Below are positions 39,451 through 52,300 of a stretch of DNA of 64,000 bases, one piece after another. Each line of letters begins with the position of its first letter. Within the stretch, counting starts at the first letter, position 1. The translations under genes were made by a program, and so were the position numbers. The notes beneath the pieces are model-generated. The model worked only from the letters and a program-made list of their open reading frames with translations. It was not told where the DNA came from and did no database searches. Origin of the DNA: Eledone cirrhosa (taxonomy: Eukaryota); assembly GCA_964016885.1 (NCBI GenBank), contig OZ024740.1:16182001-16246000 (forward strand), in the 5' to 3' direction.

Positions 39451-42400
39451 AAGGTCTTCAGAGAAGAAACTCTCAGGAGAGCTAGACAGCAGAAGGTCTT
39501 CAGAGAAGAAACTGTCAGGAGAGCTGGACAGCAGAAGGTCTTCAGAGATGAAAATGTCAGGAGAGCTGGACAGTAGGTCTTCAGAGAAGAAACTCTCGGG
39601 AGAGCTGCACAGCAGAAGGTCTTTAGAGAAGAAACTCTCAGGAGAGCTGTAAAGTAAAGGTCTTTAGAGAAGAAACTCTCAAGAGAGCTGGACATCAGAA
39701 GGTCTTTAGAGAAGAAACTCTCAGGAGAGCTGAACAGCAGAAGGTCTTCAGAGTAAATACTCTCGGGAGAGCTGGACAACAGAAAGTCTTTAGAGAAGAA
39801 ACTCTCAGGAGAGCTAGACAGCAGAAGGTCTTCAGTGAAGAAACTGTCAGGAGAGCTGGACAGCAGAAGGTCTTTAGAGAAGAAACTGTCAGGAGAGCTG
39901 GACAGCAGAAGGTCTTTAGAGAAGAAACTGTCAGGAGAGCTGGACAGTAGAAGGTCTTTAGAGAAGAAACTCTCAGGAGAGCTGGACAGTAGAAGGTCTT
40001 CACAGAAGAAACTGTCAGGAGACCTGGACAGCAGAAGGTCTTTAGAGAAGAAACTCTCAGGAGAGCTGGCCAGCAGAAGGTCTTCAGAAAAGAAACTGTC
40101 ATGAGAGCTGGACAGCAGAAGGTCTTCAGAGAAGAAACTCTCAGGAGAGCTGGACAGCAGAAGGTCTTCAGAGAAGAAACTCTCAGGAGAGCTGGACAGC
40201 AGAAGGTCTTCAGAGAAGAAACTCTCGGGAGAGCTGGACAGCAGAAGGTCTTTAGAGAAGAAACTCTCAGGAGAGCTAGACAGCAGAAGGTCTTCAGAGA
40301 AGAAACTCTCGGGAGAGCTGGACAGCAGAAGGTCTTCAGAGATGAAACTGTCAGGAGAGCTGGACAGCAGAAGGTCTTCAGAGAAGAAACTCTCAGGAGA
40401 GCTGGACAGCAGAAGGTCTTCAGAGATGAAACTGTCAGGAGAGCTGGACAGCAGAAGGTCTTCAGAGGAGAAACTCTCAGGAGAGCTAGACGGCAGAAGG
40501 TCTTCAGAGAAGAAACTCTCCGGAGAGCTGAACAGCAGATGGTCTTCAGAGAAGAAACCCAGAGGAGAGCTGGACAGCAGAAGGTCTTCACAGAAGAAAC
40601 TGTCAGGAGACCTGGACAGCAGAAGGTCTTTAGAGAAGAAACTCTCAGGAGAGCTGGACAGCAGAAGGTCTTCAGAGAAGAAACTGTCAGGAGAGCTGGA
40701 CAGCAGAAGGTCTTCAGAGAAGAAACTCTCAGGAGAGCTAGTCAGCAGAAGGTCTTCAGAGATGAAACTGTCAGGAAAGCTGGACAGTTGGTCTTCAGAG
40801 AAGAAACTCTCGGGAGAGCTGGACAGCAGAATGTCTTTAAAAAAGAAACTCTCAGGAGAGCTGGACAGTAGAAGGTCTTTAAAGAAGAAACTCTCAGGAG
40901 AGCTGGACAGCAGAAGGTCTTCAGAGACGAAACTGTCAGGAGAACTGGACAGCAGAAGGTCTTTAGAGAAGAAACTCTCAGGATAGCTGGACAGCAGAAG
41001 GTCTTCAGAAAAGAAACTGTCAGGAAAGCTGGACAGCAGAAGGTCTTCAGAGAAGAAACTCTCCGGAGAGCTAGACAGCAGAAGGTCTTCAGAGTAGAAA
41101 CTCTCAGGAGAGCTGGACAGCAGAAGGGCTTCAGAGAAGAAACTCTCAGGAGAGCTAGACAGCAGAAGGTCTTCAGAGTAGAAACTCTAAGGAGAGCTGG
41201 ACAGCAGAAGGGCTTCAGAGAAGAATCTCTCAGGAGAGCTGGATAGCAGAAGGTCTTCAGAGAAGAAACTGTCAGGAGAGCTGGACAGCAGAAGGTCTTC
41301 AGAGAAAGAACTCTCAGGAGAGCTAGACAGCAGAAGGTCTTCAGAGAAGATACTCTCACGAGAGCTGGACAGCAGAAGGTCTTCAGAGAAGAAACTCTGA
41401 GATGAGTTGTACAGTAGGTCTTCAGAGAAGAAACTCTCAGGAGAGCTAGTCAGCAGAAGGTCTTCAGAGGAGAAACTCTCAGGAGAGTTGGACAGCAGAA
41501 GGTCTTCAGAGAAGAAACTGTCAGGAGAGTTGGACAGCAGAAGGTCTTTAGAGAAGAAACTGTCAGGAGAGCTGGACAGCAGAAGGTCTTTAGAGAAGAA
41601 ACTCTCAGGAGAGCTAGACAGCAGAAGGTCTTCAGAGAAGAAACTCTCGGGAGAGCTGGACAGCAGGAGGTCTTCAGAAAAGAATCTCCCATGACAGCTG
41701 GACAGCAGAAGGTCTTCAGAGAAGAAACTCTCAGGAGAGCTAGACAGCAGAAGGTCTTCAGAGAAGAAACTCTCCGGAGAGCTAGACAGCAGAAGGTCTT
41801 CAGAGAAGAAACTCTAGGGAGAGCTGGACAGCAGAAGGTCTTCAGTGAAGAAACTCAGGAGAGCTAGACAGCAGAAGGTCTTCAGAGAAGAAACTGTCAG
41901 GAAAGCTGGACATCAGAAGGTCTTCAGAGAAGAAACTCTCAGGAGAGCTAGACAGCAGAAGGTCTTCAGAGTAGAAACTCTCAGGAGAGCTGGACAGCAG
42001 AAGGGCTTCAGAGAAGAAACTCTCAGGAGAGCTGGACAGCAGGAGGTCTTCAGAAAAGAATCTCTCATGACAGCTGGACAGCAGAAGGTCTTCAGAGAAG
42101 AAACTCTCAGGAGAGCTAGACAGCAGAAGGTCTTCAGAGCAGAAACTGTCAGGGGAGCTGGACAGCAGAAGGTCTTTACAGAAGAAACTCTCAGGAGAGC
42201 TGGACAGCAGAAGGTCTTCAGAGAAGAAACTGTCAGGAGAGCTGGACAGCAGAAGGTCTTCAGAGAAGAAACTCTCAGGAGAGCTAGACAGCAGAAGGTC
42301 TTCAGAGAAGAAACTCTCAGGAGAGCTGGACAACAGAAGGTCTTCAGAGAAGAAACTGTCAGGAGAGCTGGACAGCAGAAGGTCTTTAGAGGAGAAACTC

Positions 42401-44344
42401 TCAGGAGAGCTAGACAGCAGAAGGTCTTCAGAGAAGAAACTCTCCGGCGAGCTGGACAGCAGAAGGTCTTCAGAGAATAAACTCTGAGGAGAGCTGGACA
42501 GCAGAAGGTCTTCAGAGAAGAAACTCTCAGGAGAGCTAGACAGCAGAAGGTCTTCAGAGAAGAAACTGTCAGAAGAGCTGGACAGCAGAAGGTCTTCAGA
42601 GATGAAACTGTCAGGAGAGCTGGACAGTAGGTCTTCAGAGAAGAAACTCTCGGGAGAGCTGCACAGCAGAAGGTCTTCAGAGAAGAAACTGTCAGGAGAG
42701 CTGGACAGCAGAAGGTCTTTAGAGAAGAAACTCTCAGGAGAGCTGAACAGCAGAAGGTCTTCAGAGTAAATACTCTCGGGAGAGCTGGACAGCAGAGAGT
42801 CTTTAGAGAAGAAACTCTCAGGAGAGCTAGACAGCAGAAGGTCTTCAGAGAAGAAACTGTCAGGAGAGCTGGACAGCAGAAGGTCTTTAGAGAAGAAACT
42901 GTCAGGAGAGCTGGACAGCAGAAGGTCTTTAGAGAAGAAACTGTCAGGAGAGCTAGACAGTAGAAGGTCTTTAGAGAAGAAACTCTCAGGAGAGCTGGAC
43001 AGTAGAAGGTCTTCACAGAAGAAACTGTCAGGAGACCTGGACAGCAGAAGGTCTTTAGAGAAGAAACTCTCAGGAGAGCTGGCCAGCAGAAGGTCTTCAG
43101 AAAAGAAACTGTCATGAGAGCTGGACAGTAGAAGGTCTTCAGAGAAGAAACTCTCAGGAGAGCTGGACAGCAGAAGGTCTTCAGAGAAGAAACTCTCAGG
43201 AGAGCTGGACAGTAGAAGGTCTTCAGAGAAGAAACTCTAAGGAGAAATAGACAGCGGAAGGTCTTCAGAGAAGAAACTCTCAGGAGAGATGGACAGCAGA
43301 AGGTCTTTAGAGAAGAAACTCTTGGGAGAGCTGGACAGCAGAAGTTCTTCAGAGAAGAAACTCTCAGGAGTGTTGGACAGCAGAAGGTCTTCAGAGAAGA
43401 AACTCTCGGGAGAGCTGGACAGCAGAAGGTCTTTAGAGAAGAAACTCTCAGGAGAGCTAGACAGCAGAAGGTCTTCAGAGAAGAAACTCTCGGGAGAGCT
43501 GGACAGCAGAAGGTCTTCAGAGATGAAACTGTCAGGAGAGCTGGACAGCAGAAGGTCTTCAGAGAAGAAACTCTCAGGAGAGCTGGACAGCAGAAGGTCT
43601 TTAGAGAAGAAACTCTCAGGAGAGCTGGCCAGCAGAAGGTCTTCAGAGAAGAAACTGTCAGGAGAGCTGGACAGCAGAAGGTCTTCAGAGAAGAAACTCT
43701 CAGGAGAGCTAGTCAGCAGAAGGTCTTCAGAGATGAAACTGTCAGGAAAGCTGGACAGTTGGTCTTCAGAGAAGAAACTCTCGGGAGAGCTGGACAGCAG
43801 AATGTCTTTAGAAAAGAAACTCTCAGGAGAGCTGGACAGTAGAAGGTCTTTAAAGAAGAAACTCTCAGGAGAGCTGGACAGCAGAAGGTCTTCAGTGACG
43901 AAACTGTCAGGAGAACTGGACAGCAGAAGGTCTTTAGAGAAGAAACTCTCAGGATAGCTGGACAGCAGAAGGTCTTCAGAAAAGAAACTGTCATGAGAGC
44001 TGGACAGCAGAAGGTCCTCAGAGAAGAAACTCTCACGAGAGCTGGACAGCAGAAGGTCTTTAGAGAAGAAGATCTCAGGAGAGCTGGACAGCAGAAGGTC
44101 TTCAGAGAAGAAACTCTCCGGAGAGCTAGACAGCAGAAGGTCTTCAGAGAAGAAATTCTAGGGAGAGCTGGACAGCAGAAGGTCTTCAGTGAAGAAACTC
44201 AGGAGAGCTAGACAGCAGAATGTCTTCAGAGAAGAAACTGTCAGGAAAGCTGGACAGCAGAAGGTCTTCAGAGAAGAAACTCTCAGGAGAGCTAGACAGC
44301 AGAAGGTCTTCAGAGTAGAAACTCTCAGGAGAGCTGGACAGCAG

Positions 44345-47300
44345 AAGGGCTTCAGAGAAGAAACTCTCAGGAGAGCTGGACAGCAGGAGGTCTTCAGAAA
44401 AGAATCTCTCATGACAGCTGGACAGCAGAAGGTCTTCAGAGAAGAAACTCTCAGGAGAGCTAGACAGCAGAAGGTCTTCAGAGCAGAAACTGTCAGGGGA
44501 GCTGGACAGCAGAAGGTCTTTAGAGAAGAAACTCTCAGGAGAGCTGGACAGCAGAAGGTCTTCAGAGAAGAAACTGTCAGGAGAGCTGGACAGCAGAAGG
44601 TCTTCAGAGAAGAAACTCTCAGGAGAGCTAGACAGCAGAAGTTCTTCAGAGAAGAAACTCTCAGGAGGGGCTGGACAACAGAGGGTCTTCAGAGAAGAAA
44701 CTCTCAGGAGAGCTGGACAGCAGAAGGTATTTAGAGGAGAAACTCTCAGGAGAGCTAGACAGCAGAAGGTCTTCAGAGAAGAAACTCTCCGGAGAGCTGG
44801 ACAGCAGAAGGTCTTCAGAGAAGAAACTCTGAGGAGAGCTGGACAGCAGAAGGTCTTCAGAGAAGAAACTCTGCGATGAGTTGTACAGTAGGTCTTCAGA
44901 GAAGAAACTCTCCGGAGAGCTGGACAGCAGAAGGTCTTCAGAGAAGAAACTCTTAGGAGAGCTGGATAGCAGAAGGTCTTCAGAGAAGAAACTCTCGGGA
45001 GAGCTGGACAGCAGAAGGTCTTTAGAGAAGAAACTCTCAGGAAGGCTAGACAGCAGAAGGTCTTCAGAGGAGAAACTCTCAGGAGAGATAGACAGCAGAA
45101 GTCTTCAGAGAAGAAACTCTCAGGAGAGCTGGACAGCAGAAGGTCTTCAGAGAAGAAACTCTCAGGAGAGCAGGACAGCAGAAGGTCTTCAGAGAAGAAA
45201 CTCTTAGGAGAGCTGGATAGCAGAAGGTCTTCAGAGAAGAAACTCTCAGGAGTGCTGGACAGCAGAAGGTCTTCAGAGAAGAAACTCTTAGGAGAGCTGG
45301 ATAGCAGAAGGTCTTCAGAGAAGAAACTCTCGGGAGAGCTGGACAGCAGAAGGTCTTTAGAGAAGAAACTCTCAGGAAGGCTAGACAGCAGAAGGTCTTC
45401 AGCGGAGAAACTCTGAGGAGAGCTGGACAGCAGAAGGTCTTCAGAGAAGAAACTCTGCGATGAGTTGTACAGTAGGTCTTCAGAGAAGAAACTCTCCGGA
45501 GAGCTGGACAGCAGAAGGTCTTCAGAGAAGAAACTCTTAGGAGAGCTGGATAGCAGAAGGTCTTCAGAGAAGAAACTCTCGGGAGAGCTGGACAGCAGAA
45601 GGTCTTTAGAGAAGAAACTCTCAGGAAGGCTAGACAGCAGAAGGTCTTCAGCGGAGAAACTCTCAGGAGAGATAGACAGCAGAAGGTCTTTAGAGAAGAA
45701 ACTCTCAGGAGAGCTGGCCAGCAGAAGGTCTTCAGAGAAGAAACTCTCAGGAGAGCTGGACAGTAGAAGGTCTTCAGAGAAGAAACTCTCAGGAGAGATA
45801 GACAGCGGAAGGTCTTCAGAGAAGAAACTCTCAGGAGAGATGGACAGCAGAAGGTCTTTAGAGAAGAAACTCTTGGGAGAGCTGGACAGCAGAAGTTCTT
45901 CAGAGAAGAAACTCTCAGGAGTGTTGGACAGCAGAAGGTCTTCAGAGAAGAAACTCTCGGGAGAGCTGGACAGCAGAAGGTCTTTAGAGAAGAAACTCTC
46001 AGGAGAGCTAGACAGCAGAAGGTCTTCAGAGAAGAAACTCTCGGGAGAGCTGGACAGCAGAAGGGCTTCAGAGAAGAAACTCTCAGGAGAGCTGGACAGC
46101 AGGAGGTCTTCAGAAAAGAATCTCTCATGACAGCTGGACAGCAGAAGGTCTTCAGAGAAGAAACTCTCAGGAGAGCTAGACAGCAGAAGGTCTTCAGAGC
46201 AGAAACTGTCAGGGGAGCTGGACAGCAGAAGGTCTTTAGAGAAGAAACTCTCAGGAGAGCTGGACAGCAGAAGGTCTTCAGAGAAGAAACTGTCAGGAGA
46301 GCTGGACAGCAGAAGGTCTTCAGAGAAGAAACTCTCAGGAGAGCTAGACAGCAGAAGTTCTTCAGAGAAGAAACTCTCAGGAGGGGCTGGACAACAGAGG
46401 GTCTTCAGAGAAGAAACTCTCAGGAGAGCTGGACAGCAGAAGGTATTTAGAGGAGAAACTCTCAGGAGAGCTAGACAGCAGAAGGTCTTCAGAGAAGAAA
46501 CTCTCCGGAGAGCTGGACAGCAGAAGGTCTTCAGAGAAGAAACTCTGAGGAGAGCTGGACAGCAGAAGGTCTTCAGAGAAGAAACTCTGCGATGAGTTGT
46601 ACAGTAGGTCTTCAGAGAAGAAACTCTCCGGAGAGCTGGACAGCAGAAGGTCTTCAGAGAAGAAACTCTTAGGAGAGCTGGATAGCAGAAGGTCTTCAGA
46701 GAAGAAACTCTCGGGAGAGCTGGACAGCAGAAGGTCTTTAGAGAAGAAACTCTCAGGAAGGCTAGACAGCAGAAGGTCTTCAGAGGAGAAACTCTCAGGA
46801 GAGATAGACAGCAGAAGTCTTCAGAGAAGAAACTCTCAGGAGAGCTGGACAGCAGAAGGTCTTCAGAGAAGAAACTCTCAGGAGAGCAGGACAGCAGAAG
46901 GTCTTCAGAGAAGAAACTCTTAGGAGAGCTGGATAGCAGAAGGTCTTCAGAGAAGAAACTCTGAGGAGAGCTGGACAGCAGAAGGTCTTCAGAGAAGAAA
47001 CTCTGCGATGAGTTGTACAGTAGGTCTTCAGAGAAGAAACTCTCCGGAGAGCTGGACAGCAGAAGGTCTTCAGAGAAGAAACTCTTAGGAGAGCTGGATA
47101 GCAGAAGGTCTTCAGAGAAGAAACTCTCGGGAGAGCTGGACAGCAGAAGGTCTTTAGAGAAGAAACTCTCAGGAAGGCTAGACAGCAGAAGGTCTTCAGC
47201 GGAGAAACTCTCAGGAGAGATAGACAGCAGAAGGTCTTTAGAGAAGAAACTCTCAGGAGAGCTGGCCAGCAGAAGGTCTTCAGAGAAGAAACTCTCAGGA

Positions 47301-49325
47301 GAGCTGGACAGTAGAAGGTCTTCAGAGAAGAAACTCTCAGGAGAGATAGACAGCGGAAGGTCTTCAGAGAAGAAACTCTCAGGAGAGATGGACAGCAGAA
47401 GGTCTTTAGAGAAGAAACTCTTGGGAGAGCTGGACAGCAGAAGTTCTTCAGAGAAGAAACTCTCAGGAGTGTTGGACAGCAGAAGGTCTTCAGAGAAGAA
47501 ACTCTCGGGAGAGCTGGACAGCAGAAGGTCTTTAGAGAAGAAACTCTCAGGAGAGCTAGACAGCAGAAGGTCTTCAGAGAAGAAACTCTCGGGAGAGCTG
47601 GACAGCAGAAGGGCTTCAGAGAAGAAACTCTCAGGAGAGCTGGACAGCAGGAGGTCTTCAGAAAAGAATCTCTCATGACAGCTGGACAGCAGAAGGTCTT
47701 CAGAGAAGAAACTCTCAGGAGAGCTAGACAGCAGAAGGTCTTCAGAGCAGAAACTGTCAGGGGAGCTGGACAGCAGAAGGTCTTTAGAGAAGAAACTCTC
47801 AGGAGAGCTGGACAGCAGAAGGTCTTCAGAGAAGAAACTGTCAGGAGAGCTGGACAGCAGAAGGTCTTCAGAGAAGAAACTCTCAGGAGAGCTAGACAGC
47901 AGAAGTTCTTCAGAGAAGAAACTCTCAGGAGGGGCTGGACAACAGAGGGTCTTCAGAGAAGAAACACTCAGGAGAGCTGGACAGCAGAAGGTATTTAGAG
48001 GAGAAACTCTCAGGAGAGCTAGACAGCAGAAGGTCTTCAGAGAAGAAACTCTCCGGAGAGCTGGACAGCAGAAGGTCTTCAGAGAAGAAACTCTGAGGAG
48101 AGCTGGACAGCAGAAGGTCTTCAGAGAAGAAACTCTGCGATGAGTTGTACAGTAGGTCTTCAGAGAAGAAACTCTCCGGAGAGCTGGACAGCAGAAGGTC
48201 TTCAGAGAAGAAACTCTTAGGAGAGCTGGATAGCAGAAGGTCTTCAGAGAAGAAACTCTCGGGAGAGCTGGACAGCAGAAGGTCTTTAGAGAAGAAACTC
48301 TCAGGAAGGCTAGACAGCAGAAGGTCTTCAGAGGAGAAACTCTCAGGAGAGATAGACAGCAGAAGTCTTCAGAGAAGAAACTCTCAGGAGAGCTGGACAG
48401 CAGAAGGTCTTCAGAGAAGAAACTCTCAGGAGAGCAGGACAGCAGAAGGTCTTCAGAGAAGAAACTCTTAGGAGAGCTGGATAGCAGAAGGTCTTCAGAG
48501 AAGAAACTCTCAGGAGTGCTGGACAGCAGAAGGTCTTCAGAGAAGAAACTCTTAGGAGAGCTGGATAGCAGAAGGTCTTCAGAGAAGAAACTCTCGGGAG
48601 AGCTGGACAGCAGAAGGTCTTTAGAGAAGAAACTCTCAGGAAGGCTAGACAGCAGAAGGTCTTCAGCGGAGAAACTCTGAGGAGAGCTGGACAGCAGAAG
48701 GTCTTCAGAGAAGAAACTCTGCGATGAGTTGTACAGTAGGTCTTCAGAGAAGAAACTCTCCGGAGAGCTGGACAGCAGAAGGTCTTCAGAGAAGAAACTC
48801 TTAGGAGAGCTGGATAGCAGAAGGTCTTCAGAGAAGAAACTCTCGGGAGAGCTGGACAGCAGAAGGTCTTTAGAGAAGAAACTCTCAGGAAGGCTAGACA
48901 GCAGAAGGTCTTCAGCGGAGAAACTCTCAGGAGAGATAGACAGCAGAAGGTCTTTAGAGAAGAAACTCTCAGGAGAGCTGGCCAGCAGAAGGTCTTCAGA
49001 GAAGAAACTCTCAGGAGAGCTGGACAGTAGAAGGTCTTCAGAGAAGAAACTCTCAGGAGAGATAGACAGCGGAAGGTCTTCAGAGAAGAAACTCTCAGGA
49101 GAGATGGACAGCAGAAGGTCTTTAGAGAAGAAACTCTTGGGAGAGCTGGACAGCAGAAGTTCTTCAGAGAAGAAACTCTCAGGAGTGTTGGACAGCAGAA
49201 GGTCTTCAGAGAAGAAACTCTCGGGAGAGCTGGACAGCAGAAGGTCTTTAGAGAAGAAACTCTCAGGAGAGCTAGACAGCAGAAGGTCTTCAGAGAAGAA
49301 ACTCTCGGGAGAGCTGGACAGCAGA
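44345..49325 (+). repeat. Three-copy higher-order repeat of 1716, 1548 and 1716 bp (41, 37 and 41 monomers)
   Basis: ORF starts at 44881/46597/48145 and 45465/47013/48729. Each unit carries indels +1,-3,-1,-3 (41x42-6 = 1716; 37x42-6 = 1548). The middle copy lacks 4 monomers (168 bp). Confidence 0.9.
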
Positions 49326-52300
49326 AGGTCTTCAGAGATGAAACTGTCAGGAGAGCTGGACAGCAGAAGGTCTTCAGAGAAGAAACTGTCAGGAGAGCTG
49401 GACAGCAGAAGGTCTTCAGAGAAGAAACTCTCAGGAGAGCTAGTCAGCAGAAGGTCTTCAGAGATGAAACTGTCAGGAAAGCTGGACAGTTGGTCTTCAG
49501 AGAAGAAACTCTCGGGAGAGCTGGACAGCAGAATGTCTTTAGAAAAGAAACTCTCAGGAGAGCTGGACAGTAGAAGGTCTTTAAAGAAGAAACTCTCAGG
49601 AGAGCTGGACAGCAGAAGGTCTTCAGTGACGAAACTGTCAGGAGAACTGGACAGCAGAAGGTCTTTAGAGAAGAAACTCTCAGGATAGCTGGACAGCAGA
49701 AGGTCTTCAGAAAAGAAACTGTCATGAGAGCTGGACAGCAGAAGGTCCTCAGAGAAGAAACTCTCACGAGAGCTGGACAGCAGAAGGTCTTTAGAGAAGA
49801 AGATCTCAGGAGAGCTGGACAGCAGAAGGTCTTCAGAGAAGAAACTCTCCGGAGAGCTAGACAGCAGAAGGTCTTCAGAGAAGAAATTCTAGGGAGAGCT
49901 GGACAGCAGAAGGTCTTCAGTGAAGAAACTCAGGAGAGCTAGACAGCAGAAGGTCTTCAGAGAAGAAACTGTCAGGAAAGCTGGACAGCAGAAGGTCTTC
50001 AGAGAAGAAACTCTCAGGAGAGCTAGACAGCAGAAGGTCTTCAGAGTAGAAACTCTCAGGAGAGCTGGACAGCAGAAGGGCTTCAGAGAAGAAACTCTCA
50101 GGAGAGCTGGACAGCAGGAGGTCTTCAGAAAAGAATCTCTCATGACAGCTGGACAGCAGAAGGTCTTCAGAGAAGAAACTCTCAGGAGAGCTAGACAGCA
50201 GAAGGTCTTCAGAGCAGAAACTGTCAGGGGAGCTGGACAGCAGAAGGTCTTTAGAGAAGAAACTCTCAGGAGAGCTGGACAGCAGAAGGTCTTCAGAGAA
50301 GAAACTGTCAGGAGAGCTGGACAGCAGAAGGTCTTCAGAGAAGAAACTCTCAGGAGAGCTAGACAGCAGAAGTTCTTCAGAGAAGAAACTCTCAGGAGGG
50401 GCTGGACAACAGAGGGTCTTCAGAGAAGAAACTCTCAGGAGAGCTGGACAGCAGAAGGTATTTAGAGGAGAAACTCTCAGGAGAGCTAGACAGCAGAAGG
50501 TCTTCAGAGAAGAAACTCTCCGGAGAGCTGGACAGCAGAAGGTCTTCAGAGAAGAAACTCTGAGGAGAGCTGGACAGCAGAAGGTCTTCAGAGAAGAAAC
50601 TCTGCGATGAGTTGTACAGTAGGTCTTCAGAGTAAGAAACTCTCCGGAGAGCTGGACAGCAGAAGGTCTTCAGAGAAGAAACTCTTAGGAGAGCTGGATA
50701 GCAGAAGGTCTTCAGAGAAGAAACTCTCGGGAGAGCTGGACAGCAGAAGGTCTTTAGAGAAGAAACTCTCAGGAAGGCTAGACAGCAGAAGGTCTTCAGA
50801 GGAGAAACTCTCAGGAGAGATAGACAGCAGAAGTCTTCAGAGAAGAAACTCTCAGGAGAGCTGGACAGCAGAAGGTCTTCAGAGAAGAAACTCTCAGGAG
50901 AGCAGGACAGCAGAAGGTCTTCAGAGAAGAAACTCTTAGGAGAGCTGGATAGCAGAAGGTCTTCAGAGAAGAAACTCTCAGGAGTGCTGGACAGCAGAAG
51001 GTCTTCAGAGAAGAAACTCTTAGGAGAGCTGGATAGCAGAAGGTCTTCAGAGAAGAAACTGTCGGGAGAGCTGGACAGCAGAAGGTCTTTAGAGAAGAAA
51101 CTCTCAGGAAGGCTAGACAGCAGAAGGTCTTCAGCGGAGAAACTCTCAGGAGAGATAGACAGCAGAAGTCTTCAGAGAAGAAACTCTCAGGAGAGCTGGA
51201 CAGCAGAAGGTCTTCAGAGAAGAAACTCTCAGTAGAGCTGGACAGCAGAAGGTCTTCAGAGAAGAAACTCTTAGGAGAGCTGGATAGCAGAAGGTCTTCA
51301 GAGAAGAAACTCTCGGGAGAGCTGGACAGCAGAAGGTCTTCAGAGAAGAAACTCTCAGGAGAGCTAGACAGCAGAAGGTCTTCAGAGGAGAAACTCTCAG
51401 GAGAGATAGACAGCAGAAGTCTTCAGAGAAGAAACTCTCAGGAGAGCTGGACAGCAGAAGGTCTTCAGAGAAGAAACTCTCAGGAGAGCTGGACAGCAGA
51501 AGGTCTTCAGAGACGAAACTGTCAGGAGAACTGGACAGCAGAAGGTCTTTAGAGAAGAAACTCTCAGGATAGCTGGACAGCAGAAGGTCTTCAGAAAAGA
51601 AACTGTCATGAGAGCTGGACAGCAGAAGGTCCTCAGAGAAGAAACTCTCACGAGAGCTGGACAGCAGAAGGTCTTTAGAGAAGAAGATCTCAGGAGAGCT
51701 GGACAGCAGAAGGTCTTCAGAGAAGAAACTCTCAGGAGAGCTGGACAGCAGAAGGTCTTCAGAGAAGAAACTCTCAGGAGAGCTGGTCAGCAGAAGGTCT
51801 TCAGAGAAGAAACTCTTAGGAGAGCTGGACAGCAGGAGGTCTTCAGAAAAGAATCGCTCATGAGAGCTGGACAGCAGAAGGTCTTCAGAGAAGAAACTCT
51901 CCGGAGAGCTAGACAGCAGAAGGTCTTCAGAGAAGAAACTCTAGGGAGAGCTGGACAGCAGAAGGTCTTCAGTGAAGAAACTCAGGAGAGCTAGACAGCA
52001 GAAGGTCTTCAGAGAAGAAACTGTCAGGAAAGCTGGACAGCAGAAGGTCTTCAGAGAAGAAACTCTCAGGAGAGCTAGACAGCAGAAGGTCTTCAGAGTA
52101 GAAACTCTCAGGAGAGCTGGACAGCAGAAGGGCTTCAGAGAAGAAACTCTCAGGAGAGCTGGACAGCAGAAGGTCTTCAGAGAAGAAACTCTCAGGAGAG
52201 ATAGACAGCAGAAGTCTTCAGAGAAGAAACTCTCAGGAGAGCTGGACAGCAGAAGGTCTTCAGAGAAGAAACTCTCAGGAGAGCTGGACAGCAGAAGGTC

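Noticed and set aside
44660-45110. +1 (43-mer) followed by -1 (41-mer) as compensatory indels that preserve frame or phase
   Set aside because: 41-mers greatly outnumber 43-mers further right (net -22 over the 5900-bp unit), so frame and phase are not maintained.
45240-45410. 168-bp (4-monomer, nucleosome-sized) steps as a preferred indel size
   Set aside because: I saw only two clear cases (here and ~20500). Steps of 42 and 84 bp and other multiples also occur, so no preference can be supported by eye.
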